The notes beneath the pieces are model-generated. The model was not told where the DNA came from and did no database searches. It saw only the letters and a program-made list of their open reading frames with translations. Below are positions 12,472-29,300 of a DNA stretch of 64,000 bases, piece after piece. How positions within the stretch are numbered: position 1 is the stretch's first letter; each line of letters starts with the position of its first letter. The position numbers and the translations under genes were made by a program. The DNA comes from Neocallimastix sp. 'constans'. Its lineage: Eukaryota. The stretch spans positions 434,001 through 498,000 of the forward strand of contig JBODTK010000107.1 of NCBI GenBank assembly GCA_050613775.1, written 5' to 3'.

Positions 12472-13385
12472 TTATTTAGATTTCTTTGACTTTGATTTCT
12501 TTGATTTTTCTTCTTCTTCTATTAATTCTCTTGCAGCTCTATCAGCTTCAGCCTTACGACGTTCAAGTTCTTCTTCTGGACTTAATTTTGGGGTACGTTT
12601 TGCTGCTGGTGAGCTCTTAGCTGAGTTTTTAGCACTAGCATTAGCACTTCTTTGTTGTTGTTGACGAATATAACTATTTTTATTATAATTTTACATTTTC
12701 ATAAGTATTTTTTAAAATAATATATAAAAAAAAAATTAATATATAAATAATATAATATAATAAAAAGTTCAAAAAAAAAAAAAAAAAAATAAATAAAAAT
12801 AAATATATATATTAGATAGATATATTAAAATTTAATTTTTCTTCATAATTTATATTCAATTGTAATAATAATAACAACAAAAATAACAATAATTAAAAGC
12901 ATCAAACAAAATAGAATGATAATCAAATATTAAATATTTAAATATAATATTTACGCAACAAGTTGAGCAGATTCTTGTAAAATAGTCTTGGACCAGCCAT
13001 CCTTATAGCATTCTGCTTCTTGTTGAATATCTTCAAGTTTAGCTTCAGTTTCTTCTTCAGCTAAAGTAAGTTGTTGTAATTGATTTTCACCTACGACACC
13101 TTCTCTAACTAATTGATTTAAAGATGGTTTTTCCTTTTGAATATCCCACATACGAGTAATGGTAGCCATAGCTCTCTTAACAAGAGCAGAAGTTAAAATT
13201 TTAGTATATTGTGCATTAGCTTCTTCATCACCGTATTGTTCAACTAAAGCAAAGTATTGTTCTTCTTCTGGAATAGCTGGGAACCATTCCTTATCTAAAG
13301 TCACAACTTTCTTTGAGTTATAGTATTTAACGGCAAAGACAAAAGTACAAAGGAAAGCGATTAAGTAAAATACAATTAATATCAT
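12472..13385 (-). CDS. SEC66: Sec62/63 complex subunit Sec66 (Sec71); exons 13385-12955 and 12673-12472
   Basis: N-terminal TM, then ALVKRAM..I.R..DIQKEK..L..L...G.VG.......L..AEEE....L.DI.QEAECYKDGW...I (Sec66 family pattern); in-phase GT-AG intron; stop at 12474-12472. Confidence 0.85.
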
Positions 13386-13689
13386 TTTGCTATATTATAA
13401 ATAATTAATTAATATAATTAACTTTTTATATAATAAATTAAATATATTTATTAGTATAGATGATAATTTAATAAATTATATACATACTTAGATATATAAT
13501 TTATTCAATAAATATATATTGTATTTTTTTTTTTATTTTTATTTATTATTATTATTTCATAATAATTTACTATTAAAATTATTTTCCAATATTGTTTATA
13601 TTTTTATTCTTATTTATATACACCTTCACTATAAAATTTATTTTGATTAAGCACTTATTTATTTTTATTATTTTTATTATTTTTTGAAG

Positions 13690-14012
13690 AATTTGAAATA
13701 CTGATTGTTTAATTTATATTCATTATTTATTTATCTTTATTAGTATTTATTTAATACTATTTTTCTAATGTTAATTATTACTACAATATTATTTGTATAT
13801 TTAAAATATAATTTCAAATTTTTATTAAAATTTATGTTGATTATACACTTAATTATTTTTATTATTTTTTAAAAAAAATTGAAATACTGATGGTTTAAAT
13901 TATATTCATTATTTATTTATCTGAATTATCCTTACTTTATTTAATAATATTTCTCTAATGTTAATTATTACTAAAATATTTGTATATTTAAATATAATTT
14001 CAAATTTTTATT
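13690..14012. repeat. Diverged direct repeat of about 135 bp, two copies (about 13690-13826 and 13877-14012)
   Basis: Both contain TTGAAATACTGAT.GTTTAA.TTATATTCATTATTTATTTATC and TCTAATGTTAATTATTACTA.AATATT...ATATAATTTCAAATTTTTATT. Confidence 0.8.
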
Positions 14013-14822
14013 TAATTTTTTTTTTTCTTTAGAATACTTATATAATACAAATAATAATAAAATTAAAGAAATTAATTAATTCAATAAGTATTTTTAATTC
14101 ATATTTATTCTATTTATTTTTTAATATATTGTTTCTTAACTATATTTTTAGTTCTATAATTTTTTAATTTCTTTCTTCAATTTTCTTCTTTGTTTTTTTT
14201 TTTTTTATTATGATTAATAACATATTTTTAAATATTATTTTATCTTTTATACCTTATATTTTTTTTATTTCTTTTATTTTTCAATATTTTTTTTTTTATT
14301 ATTTATTTTTATTTTTATTTTTATTTTTTTTTTTTAAATATAAATAATAAATAAATATCTTTATTAAAGAGTAAAAAAAATTTTTTTTACCTATTTTTTT
14401 GTTTTTTTATATTAAATCTATATGAAATAAAATATATATATATATATTTTATAACATAAAAATATGTATTTAAAAGGAATACTTCAATAATTAATCAAAA
14501 TTTTATAATAAATAAATAAATAAATAAATATTTTTTATATTATTATTATTCATTTTTATAATAATTCTTAATATTGATGTAAAATTATTAAATATAAATT
14601 ATAATTATTAATAAAATGTTTTTTTCTTTTAATATTGGATATTAAAAAAATAATTTAATCAACAAATAAATAAAATCCATTTCGACCTATAAAATCAATA
14701 TATAAATTAATCTTAAATATATTAATAAAATCAAATATTAAAATATTATTAAATATTATTAAAATATATAAATTTTCTTCTATGTATATTATTTTATTAA
14801 CTATGATAATAATAATAATAAT

Positions 14823-16134
14823 TGATAATTATACTATTTATTTATTCATATTATTTTATATATTTTCTTATTATATAATTTATTAAAGTTAATATACTTT
14901 TTTTTTATGTTGTATAAATTTATGTAAATAATCCTTTTAAATATTTTGTGTAACTTTTATATATGTAATGAATGTATTCACGTGAAATATGTTTATTTGA
15001 ATATCTTACAATTCATTTAATATTCTAAAAAATATGGCATAAAAACTAGGACATTTTTACCAAAATAACTTGCCTAAATACCTAGACCTACATAATATAA
15101 TATAAAAATTCCTCCTTGTATAGAATGCAACTATTCTAAGATGAGGAGGGGACCTCACAAAGGGGAAACTCCAAAGGCAAGAGAACAAATACCTCCTCAA
15201 AATGATGGATAAGTTCTCACGAAAAGTTAGGATATTTAAACTCAAGTCAAAGGTTAAAGCCCTGGAGATAATAATAGAATACTTTATTTATTTATATAAT
15301 TAATTCAGGAATTACACAATATTTAAATCTGATGAAGGAAAGAAAAAAAAAAACAATTGTAAATAAATATAGAAACGAAAATGGTACTGAAAAGGTGTAT
15401 CCTTCTCCTTATTACCCAGGAATAAATGGAAAATCTGAAAAAAATTAATAATTAATAATAACACTCTTAGATAAATATATCACATGAGCATGATAATAAT
15501 ATTAATGATATGCATAAAAATATTGAAATTTCTAATAAAACTATGAATCATAAAATTATTCAAAAAAATTAATAAAATTTTTTATCTAACAAAAACTATA
15601 ATAAATTCAAATTTTCAAAAAGAAACCGAAATGTTGGATATATATATTACTTCTACCGCAAAAGTTTAACATATAAGTACTTCAAAAAGTGTCAAGAAAA
15701 TACCATGGTTAAGGGACATTAATAAAGAAATATTAAAAAAAAAATTAGATATAATTATACTGATAATCAAGCATGTAAATGTATAATATTAAATTAAAAT
15801 ATGTAGATGTCAAATATCATTTCATTTAAAAAAAGAAAAAATTTAAAATATATAGATGGCTGATATATTAATAAAAGGTTCAAATGGTATAAAAATACAA
15901 GAATTTACAAATAATTCGGTTATATAAAAATCACATTTGAGAGGAGTGATAACTACTTAGTATTATTTTATATATTTATTTATGTAATTTATTAAAGAGT
16001 ATTTTATGTTAAATAGTTAAAAAGTTTATCTAATGATGTATAAATTTATGCTAACAATTTTTTTAAATATTTTGTGTAACTTGTATATATGTTGTAAATG
16101 TATTCACGTGAAATGCATTCAATATATAATATCA
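14823..16134 (+). mobile_element. Internally deleted, decayed Ty1/copia LTR retrotransposon (LTRs about 14823-15010 and 15947-16134)
   Basis: TG...CA direct repeats sharing TGTATAAATTTATG, TTTTAAATATTTTGTGTAACTT and AATGTATTCACGTGAAAT; purine tract GAGAGGAG before the 3' LTR; collinear remnants WH.(fs)LGH (about 15035), FKSDEGKE (about 15322), SPYYPGINGKSEKIN (about 15405), YTDNQA (about 15756), KYVDVKYHFI (about 15797), MADIL.KG (about 15857). Confidence 0.85.
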
Positions 16135-17456
16135 TGAACATGTATTATCCACTACTCGTTGAACCATAATATATTACTTTAGTAATTAGTGAATAATTTA
16201 TGCTTTTTATTATGAAATATAAATAAAATTTTAAAAATATATATATATTTAAGGATAATATTTTTCAATTAATTATAATATATAAGTAATTTTACATTAT
16301 AATATAAATATATTTTAATACTGGTTAAATGTTTATTTCTTTATACTTAAACATTAACATATAAAATATTAATCATTAGTAACCATAATTATAAATATAC
16401 TTTTTAAGTTAACAATGAAATATTATAAATTTCTTGTTGACGTAGTTCTTAAATATTCACCATTATTAGTATTTATGAAATTTTAACTACATTGGAAATT
16501 GGAAATTTGATCTATATTTGCCAATCACATTACTACACTTCATTGATTTGATAATATATTAAATATATATAGAAATATATAAAATGTTATTACATTTAAA
16601 AATACTTCATAAATTAAAATTAAAATTATAATAAAATGTATTACATACTAAATACTAAATAAATGATAGATAAATAAATAATAAATAATTATAATAATAA
16701 ATAAATAATAAATAACAAATAATAAATAATAAATAATAAAAAATAAATAATAAAGAATAAAGAATAAATAAACATATAAATTATGTAACTATTATATAAA
16801 TATTCATAAATAAAAAAAAAATGAATAATACAATTTTATAGTATTATAATCTATTTTTATTATTAATAATTATAAATTATTTATAAAATTTAGTATATTC
16901 AATCTACAATATTTAAATATATTATATATATTAAGGATAATGAAATTATTAATAATTTAATAAATAATAAAGTTAAGGAAAAAAAATTTAAACTTCCTAT
17001 ATAATAAATATCCGCCTATGCAAAAGCATATGGAAATATGTGACTACCTTATTTTTCCCATGCCTTGAGGAGGGAAGCTGAAAATAAGGGGGGTACACAC
17101 CTGAAGTAAAAAAAAAAAAAAAAAATTCTACTCTTAAAAAAATTATTACATTAATTATTATTTTATGTATTTTAATTAAAAAAGCATCTTTCGTGGCATT
17201 TTGTTTTCTAATAATATTACAGAAATAGAAGAAAATTATAAAAAAATATAATATATATCTTCTCATTAACACTAACGAATAGATGAATATAGAGTTCTTT
17301 TTTTTTTAGATGACATATTTAATTATAATAATAATAATAATAATAAATTTATATAATATATTTAGTCTGTATATATTTAATTGTTCAACTCATGATCCGT
17401 ATACTCAATTATAGGCAATTTTCTAATTTAAAAGTTAATAACGATTTTCCTCCGTA

Positions 17457-17643
17457 AAACTTTGAAGACTGAAGTGGAGAAAGGTTCCATGTGAACAGCA
17501 GTTGGACATGGGTAAGTCGATCCTAAGAGATAGGGAAGCTCCGTTTTAAAGTTGAACGATTTTTCGTTCCACCTTATCAAAAGGGAATCCGGTTAATATT
17601 CCGGAACTAGGCTATGGATATTTACTACGGTAACGTAAATGAA
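17457..17643 (+). rRNA. Isolated fragment of about 190 bp of 25S/28S rRNA (non-functional copy)
   Basis: AACTTTGAAGACTGAAGTGGAGAAAGGTTCCATGTGAACAGCAGTTGGACATGGGTAAGTCGATCCTAAGAGA...GGGAATCCGGTTAATATTCCGGAAC...CGGTAACGTAA resembles conserved eukaryotic LSU sequence as recalled; flanks are not recognisable rRNA. Confidence 0.92.
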
Positions 17644-19134
17644 TAAATAATTGTATAAAAAAAATAAATAAATATAATAAATAAAATTTTGGAAATTCTT
17701 TTTAAAAAAAATTATTTTTACTTGATTTTATGTACAATAAAAATAAATTATTATTCATACCTCCTTAAAAAAGTTTATTATCATTGATTTATTCAATAAT
17801 AATAATAGTGCAATATTTGTTTATTTATATATTGTATTTATAAATAATAAATAATATACTAATAAAAAGACATTTAATAAAAAATAAAAATATATATAAA
17901 TAAAATTAAAAGATTAATTAATGTAACTTTTAATTTTAGTAGTATAAAAATGACAAAATAAATATAAGTTACATTTATTTCTTAAAGATAAAAGAAAAAG
18001 GAACAATTAGAAGTGGATAACTTGGCAAAAATAGTAAATAAACAAATTCATTAAAAATAACTCGGTTTAAAAGATTAAGGATATAAAGGAAATATATTAA
18101 CTATAAACCTTATTACATTGTATTTCAATAATTTATCTGCTTTAAGCTATTATTATTCAGTATTATTTATTCATATTCAATGTTTTTTTTATTATTATTC
18201 AATGTTATTTATTATTATTTATAATTATTGATAATTATTCATCATTATTTATTATTATTATTATTATTTAATATTTATTATTATTTATTATTATTTATTA
18301 TTATTTATTAATATTTATTATTATTTATTATTTATTGCTATTTATTTATTATTTATTAATCATTTATTTATTTTTTATACATGATGTTACGTCCTTTAAT
18401 TTATGCTTATATTGAAAAAATAAAGTATTTTAAATTTAATTAATTTTTCAATTTTATTTAATAATAAAACATATACTTTTTTTTTTTAATTGGTTTATTA
18501 ATCATTAAGATATCTATCATAACTTTTATTATTTATTTTATCATATTTTAAAAATACACTAATTCTCTTTAATTCTATAATTTTTTAGATAAAAATAATA
18601 AAGAATAATAAATTTATTAATTGATGAATTAGAATTATAAACTTATAAATGATTAAAATACTGTTATATATAATATATTATATTAATATAAAAATAAAAT
18701 GATAAATATAAGCAAACAAAATATAAATATACAATATAGAAAAAATTATATTTTTTTTTCAATATTTAAAACAAAATGAATATGAATTTACAAATTTAAA
18801 AATGAGAAAATTCATGATATAAATGAACTATATGAGCTTGTTTCATACGTAATGAAAAATCAATAAGTTATAAATTAATGATTAAATATATTAATATGCA
18901 TCATTTGTTTTTGAACTTAAACTTCATAAACCAAGTATATTCATTTCTTTTTATTTCTTAAAAAAAAAAAAAAAGGAATATATTGAATGTAGATAAAAAT
19001 AAAACAAAATTGAAAACTAATGACCATTACTTTGAATCTAAAAGCTAGTAATTATAAAAGTAAATGGATTATTTCGAAAATCATAATTTAATTGTTAAAC
19101 TTTATCAAAATAAAATAAAATAAAATAAAATAAA

Positions 19135-19169
<35 letters not shown>

Positions 19170-19189
19170 AGAAAATATCTATTTTTACT

Positions 19190-20100
19190 TAGTATTAAAA
19201 AATTGTTAATTAAATATACTAATGAGCATAATATAATTTTAGACTAAATGAAAAATAATAATAACAAAATTTACTTCCAATTTTATGCTAATCATGAAAA
19301 ATAAAATTTCTGATGTATTATACAAATAAATATAATATATTTTTTGATAGTAATAAAAATAATTAATGATCTTTTTTCTTGTACGATATTATATGATATA
19401 AAAGGATATGAAATAATAAAGTTAATATTGGATTATGACAATAAAAATAATACAACTTTAATAATATGTATTGTAAATTACGTATGGTTTTATATCCATT
19501 TTTATATAGTATTTATGAAAATAATCAAAATGATTTTTGATTATGCATATAAAAAAAATTTTGATTTTCAGTTTAGAAAAAAGATAATAAAGAGAATACT
19601 CCTTTATTTAAAAATAATTATTCATTATTAATTAACATTCTTTTGAAAAATGGATTAGAATTATTAATATTATTGTATTTAAAATCATATTGAACGTAAT
19701 ATACAGGTAGTATTTAAACGTACAAAATAAATAAAATTAATATTCAATTATATATATATATATAATCGAAAATAATTTAATAGGTAATTGTTCTCTTTTT
19801 TTAAAGTATGAAATTAATTGATATAAATTTAATTGAAAAATTATTGATTTATAGTATTAAAAAAACTTTGACATTACTCAAAAAATAAAAAAACATTTAT
19901 TATTTTAATAATATCGATATGGTTAATATATTAATAGATTAAACCAATAAAAATAATATAGTTTTAGAAATTAATGAAAAAGGTAATAACAAGAATTTTC
20001 CAATTTTATAACAATAAGTAGAAATATTCTGATGACCAAATAAATAATTAATTATGTCATTGAGAATAAAATTACTATATTAGATATAGAAAAAAAAATA
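19190..20100 (+). pseudogene. Heavily decayed ankyrin-repeat gene
   Basis: Recurring remnants LLIKYTNEHNIIL(fs)LNEK (19203), YEIIKLILDYDNKNN, IIKMIFDYAYKKN and MVNILID*TNKNNIVLEINEKGNN (19919), like the LLIxYANxxNIILELNEK ankyrin family of gut fungi; many stops and frameshifts. Boundaries approximate. Confidence 0.65.
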
Positions 20101-20439
20101 ATGGAAAATAATATATATATATATATATATTATTTATCAATTATTATTTGAAATTGTAATAATATTATTACTAATATAATAATATGATTTTTGAAAACAA
20201 GAACTATATCCTTATAAGTTACATAAAAATATATTCAATCACTATTATATTCTGAAATGTATTATTAAGATATATATAATCATAAAATGAAAAAATAAAA
20301 ATGTATTAATTAAACTATGTAAAGATATTATTTAATTTTTTTTTTTTTTAAAAAAAAAAAAAATAAGTTAATTAACCAAGAACTATTTTTAAATAATAAA
20401 TAAAAAAAAATTTTTTTTGAATTATTTATTGTATTTAAT

Positions 20440-20550
20440 AAGAGTTTGTAATGTGATGAAATGAATCAGTAATTGCTAAGAATAATTATTATTATAAAGA
20501 ATTTGTAAGATATGTATGAAATGAATCAGTAATTGCTAAGAATAATTATA
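20440..20550. repeat. 60-bp tandem duplication
   Basis: ATGAAATGAATCAGTAATTGCTAAGAATAATTAT at 20456 and 20516. Confidence 0.85.
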
Positions 20551-22127
20551 ATATAAATTATTATTTATAATTAATAAATATTATGTTTTAAAACAGTTAT
20601 TTAAAAATTGAATGATAATAATTAGTAAATGAATTAAAATTTTATTTAATTAATTAAAAAGAATATAAATTATATTTTAATTTATCCTATTTTTTTAATT
20701 TTTTTATTAAATTTTTTTATTAATTAAATATTTTCCTTTTTATTCATAATTAAACTCTAAATAAAAGTTTCAAAATAATTGTTTAATAATATATATTTTT
20801 TTTAAAAAAGTTAAATTTATATTAAAATTAATATATATATGTTTTTTTATTATTTTTGTGTATAATTAATTATTAACTTAATTATTAATCAACATATATT
20901 TATGTAAATAATGCATATATTTTAGTTAATTCTAAAGATTGACATAGATGTATATTAATACTTTTTCTTTTTTCCTTTTTCAGATTTTTTAATTAAATTA
21001 AAATTAAAATTTTAATATTAATATTGTTCCTATGTATTTATTAATAATCTTTAACGTATAAATTTTAATTATTTTTTATTTTTCTCCAATAAAAGTAAAA
21101 CATAATAAGGGTTAGTTTTAAAAATTTTATTATAATTCTGGCTTATGGTATTTCTTCTCTACTAAATTATCTAAAAATCTTTTAATTTATGATGTAATTT
21201 ATACTATAATATATAATACAATGAATAAATTCAAAATAATTTAATTTTAAAATTTCTCTTTTTAGATTCTATTAATTATTATTTAATTAATAAATATCAA
21301 CAAATTATTTATATTTTTTTTGTACCTGTACAGACAACACATCAAGAATGGGCAATAAAAAGACTATTTTATGAATTAATTTTAATATTATTATATATAA
21401 ATACACTTTTTTATTAAATAATATAATTATAGTCCCATATATATATTTTTATTTTTAACATATAGTAAATTAATTATAATCATTATAATTTAATATTAAT
21501 TTATACCTTATAAATTTATATCATCATTATTTAAAATTATTCTACTGTGTGTTTTATTATATTTTTTTTTTTTAATTCATAATAATTTTATAATACAATT
21601 AATGAAAATATTAAATGAATATCTTTTTTTAAAATATAATTTATTTAATCCTTTAATTAAATTATTAATTTAAAAATAGTTCTATTACTGCTTTTTATTA
21701 TTATTATTATTTAATAAAATAAAATAATAAAATATAACAATATCATTTTATCAAAATTTCAAAATTCAAAAAACATAAAATAATTATTTATATGGATAAT
21801 TACATACTGAAAATAATTATTTATATGGAATAATTACATAAAACTGAAATAATTTATATATAACTTAAAATTATAAAATTTTCATTCTTTTCATTCTATA
21901 TATTAATATATATAAATATATTATTAATAAATAATCTATATATTAGTTAAATATATTATATATATGGTTATATAAATTGTAGATAAAACATATTTATTTT
22001 TTATTAAATTAAAATTATATATTAATTAATATTATTTTTAATTACTGGCTCAATTATTTGAAATTATTTTAATTATATATAAAATGTAAATTTTTCAACT
22101 TCCAATTTTTAACTTTATTTTAATTAT

Positions 22128-22163
<36 letters not shown>

Positions 22164-23440
22164 TAATACATTGTGAATTTAAAATCTTTTTATATTTATT
22201 TATACTATTAATATTCAAATTTTCTTAATTTAAAAAAAATAATAATAATAATAATAATTTATATTAAATAAAACAAGGATATAAATAAAGCTATTTAAAG
22301 ATAAATTTTAAATGAAATAGCTTTATATATTTAAATGCAATCAGTAGATTTATGCTAGACATACTGAATATTATAGATAGAAATAAAAATTTACATTAAA
22401 TTGATGATATAAAAGGCACTATAATATTAAATGAATAAATATTAAGTATATAAATAAACTTATTAATATTATATTTTTTATATAAATAATAAATATATTA
22501 TCAGTATAAATATTATAGGAATGCTAGATATTTTTAACAATTGAAATTTTTTTATATCACATAAATATATTAATATTAAAATTATATTTGAAATATAATA
22601 AAAATTAAAAAGTATTATAAAAAAAAATATTTAAATGTTAAATTTCTAAATTTTAAAGAAGAACATTAAAAATAAAAACAAAAGAGAACAAAATATTTTT
22701 TTTTTTTTTTTTTTTTTTTTTGTAAACTTAAACATTAATATACCTATAAATATATAATAAATATATAATAAATAATTAAAAAAAAAAGGAAATAGAATAA
22801 ATATTTTTTATATTAAAAATAATAAAGAACATAAAAAATAAAACAAAAGAAAACAAAATAAGTTTCTTTTATAAACTTAAAATCAAAAAAAAAAAAAAAA
22901 AAAAAGATAGAATTTTAATTTAAGCCTTTATAAATGTATATTGGTGTAAATTGTCTTGTTTTGTGTTTTGTTTTTATTTTTTTATTTTTAATTTATTTAG
23001 AGTAATTATAAACTTTTTTAACATAAAAAATTAAATTTATTTAATTATCTATTTATTATTACTATTTTATTATTTTTTTTTTTTTATTTAATATTTAATT
23101 TTATTTAATATTTAATTTTGTTTTAAAAATATTTATTTTAAAATTACTAATATTTGAACGTTTTCTATATTTTCAAGAAATAAAAATAAAATAGAATGAA
23201 ATTAAATCAATATATTTTATTACTTTAATATTCACTAATTGATATATTATAATTATATAATGTAATTATATAATGTAGTTCAAATGTTAATTTAAAATTA
23301 ATAAAAAAAAATATATATAGATTTAAAATATTTATTATATATAATTAATACATTTATAATTTAAAAATATAAGATATAAATTAATAAAAGTATATTTCAT
23401 AAAAGTATATTTCTTTATTAATAAAAAGAAAAGTAGTACT

Positions 23441-26167
<2,727 letters not shown>

Positions 26168-26252
26168 AAACTATTTTATAACTTAAAATATTATTCCTTT
26201 TATATATGCATATATAAATTTAATTATATATAATTTTTATCATTTTTATCTC

Positions 26253-26285
<33 letters not shown>

Positions 26286-26335
26286 TCCGTAATAAAATAT
26301 AAAATATATATTATATATTTATGTTTAAAATAATA

Positions 26336-26368
<33 letters not shown>

Positions 26369-26656
26369 CATTATTTTTTTTTTTTTTTTTTTTTTACATT
26401 AAATTATGATTTTATTTATTTAAATTAAAATATATAAATGTTAGCTTAAATAATTTTTTATTAATACTACTTTAAATATAATATATTTAAGTATTGTATT
26501 AAAAATATTTCATCATCATATTTATGTATATATATAATGAATATATCATACATTTATATAAGTTATTTAATAGGTGAAATTAAAAGATAAAAATAATAAA
26601 AAGCAATAAAAAATATAATTAATATTAATAATAAACAAACAAACAAACAAACAAAC

Positions 26657-26688
<32 letters not shown>

Positions 26689-27109
26689 TTTATACCCTCT
26701 TTAGATAATTGAGAAAATAATAAAAAAAAAAAAAAAAAACTTTTTTATATAAAATATTATTTATTTATGAAAATAAATAATATCTAATATTATTATTTAT
26801 TATTTTTTTTTTTTTATTGAAATTCATAAGTAAATGGTTTAATACAATTAAAAATAAATAAATTAATAAATGGTAATATTAAATGTATTTTTTTTTTATT
26901 GTTATTTTTTTATTATTATTACTATTTTATAAAATATAAAACTAATTAAATAAAAATTTAAATCTCAAAAAAAGTAAAAAAAAAAAAATAAAAATAAAAA
27001 ATAAAAAATATCATAAAATACTATTGGAAATAAAATACAGTAAAAATTGCTATTAAAATTATTATTAAATCTTTTATTTACTCATTTATTTATTTATTTA
27101 TTTATGTAT

Positions 27110-27658
27110 TTATGTACATTTATTTTTTGTATTGAGTGCTCTTCTTGGCGGGCGTTCAATATATGAAAAAACTAAACTTAATGATGGGGAACAAAGACAA
27201 TTAGTTGACAATACTTTTAAACAAAGTTCAACTTCATCGACTATTCCGTATTTTGTGGGGATTACGGAGTTTCTAACAAACATAATACTATTAATTTGTC
27301 GATCTTTTAGATTGATAATGAAATGGTATTCTATTGAATCTATTGAAAATACCGTTGCTAAGAACGTCAATGTCGAAATGATATAACATGGATTTTCACC
27401 TCCCTGTGAAAGATCGGATACAGATTCGTTTTGATAACACTAATACTGAAATTATTAATCGCAATAATGTACTCTGTGTTATCATCAATGAATGGGAAAA
27501 GTTAGAAATTATTGCTTCTAACGCACTTTTATAATTATATAAAATATAATCTATCATTTCATGTATTTTATTTTATTTTTTTTTTTTTTTAATTTAAATC
27601 ATGTAATTTTATTATTATTATAAATTAAATAAAGTTATTCTCTTAGCCAAAAAAAAAA
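27110..27658 (+). mobile_element. 3' fragment of LINE, same subfamily as the 10.7-11.1 kb copy, with short poly-A
   Basis: Long, clearly alignable match to 10707-11150; LLGG...GEQRQL...PYFVGITEFLTN matches LLGG...GEQRHL...PKIVGLAEFLTN of the intact ORF; ends AATAAAGTTATTCTCTTAGCC(A)n. Confidence 0.9.
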
Positions 27659-27674
27659 GTGCATATATTTATGT

Positions 27675-27710
27675 ATTTTTTGTCTAGGAATAAATTTTAT
27701 TTATTAATAT

Positions 27711-27741
<31 letters not shown>

Positions 27742-27830
27742 CATATGAAAATATTATTCTAAATAGATTTGCCCATCAGTCAATAGAAAAAACAGGAGAC
27801 CCTTTCGTCCTCTAAACTCGTCATCTAATT
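27675..27830 (-). mobile_element. Probable short LINE 3'-end relic, minus strand
   Basis: Minus strand GAGTTTAGAGGAC resembles GAGTTTAGTGGAC at 5891-5903; T-rich tract, then AATAAAATTTATTCCTAGAC(A)n like the other family termini. Confidence 0.45.
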
Positions 27831-27914
27831 TTTTTTTTTATTATTATTTTTTTTTTTTAAATATTAAACTTTAATATATACACATAACTAATAATACTTT
27901 TGTATATATATTTT

Positions 27915-28565
27915 ATATTAGGAATAAACTTTATTAAAATAAAACAAAACAAAAACAAAAATATATGAAAATAAATTAAATAATTTTTTTTTCTTTTTAC
28001 ATTAATATTAAAAAAAAAAAAAAAAAAAAAAAAAGATTGTTATGAACGTTATGGAGTTTCTAGGATGAAATGGACTCAAACTCTTCCCATTCTCATTCAT
28101 TGATAATAATTCCTTGTAGATAAAATTATCATTCGAAATCTGTATCAAAATTTCTTCTTTGGTTTATCGTTTCGACGGTTTGATGGTAAAACAAATTGAT
28201 TCATAGAGTAAAAAAAAAAAAAGACAACTAATCGCAAAAAGGCATAAACATTAGTAAGGAATTCCATAAGTCCTATAAAATATGAAATAGGGGAAAAGAA
28301 GAAGACTCTCCTCTCGAAGGTGATTGAAAGGTATTATTAATAAAACGTTTTCTTTATATACAAATGCATTAAAAAAAAAAAAAAAAAATTAATACTTTCA
28401 TCAAAATCTTCTTCTTTATTATCAGGAATGTTCAATGACATTCTCTTGAACCCCAGAGAAAAATTAATAAAAATTCCATTAACAAATTGAGTGAAGTTTG
28501 GCTTAAATTCTTCAAATTTAGGAAATAAAAGTATCCAGTATCCAGTATATCTTTAAACTTTCCAC
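27915..28565 (-). mobile_element. Diverged LINE 3' fragment, minus strand
   Basis: Minus strand encodes NNTFQS...IGLMEFLTNV (homologous to VGLAEFLTNA); carries CGTCGAAACGATAA (28177-28164), TGATACAGATTTCG and ATGAATGAGAA shared with the 10.9 kb copy; ends AATAAAGTTTATTCCT. Confidence 0.75.
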
Positions 28566-28912
28566 TATATATTATTATTCTTAATAAATAACATTATGTT
28601 AATATGAAAAAATGATCAGTAATAAAATAAAAATATGATTTAATAAAAAATATTTTTTTTTTAAATAGCCGTAATTATTGCAAACTTTAATCTTTATTTA
28701 TTTATTTATTTAATACAAAATAAAAAAAAAAAAAAACACTATATTATTTATAAATTAAAATTAAATAAAATTAATAACAAAAAATAGGAATAGTGAAAAA
28801 AATTTTTTTATTATTTATTTTTTTATTTTTATTTCTTTTATTAATAATGATAGGTAATTAATTATATATATTTATAATATAAAATATATATTACTAATTT
28901 TTTTCTTTTTTT

Positions 28913-28966
<54 letters not shown>

Positions 28967-29269
28967 TATTATTTTGAATAAATAATTAAATATTCTAATA
29001 TTATATAGTAATTTTTCATATATAATATTTATTATTATTATTATTATTTTATTTTATATATATATAAATATATTACATATATATATTTTTGTTTTTTGTT
29101 TTTTTGTTTTTTAGTTTTTTAGTTTTTGTTTTTTTTTGTTTTTTTTTATTTTTGTTTTTTGTTTTTATAAATATTTTATTTATAAAATGAATAGATCAAA
29201 ATTAGTAAGTGTTAACCTATAGATTAAAAAAAAAATTATTCCTATTCAGTGAAACCTTATTCTTTAAAG

Positions 29270-29300
<31 letters not shown>

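Noticed and set aside
27770..27830. Hammerhead-like string on the minus strand (ATGACGAGTTTAGAGGACGAAAG)
   Set aside because: The core C of CUGAnGA is missing, there is no valid stem III/UH cleavage site, and the segment resembles 5891-5903 of the LINE, which lacks the core.
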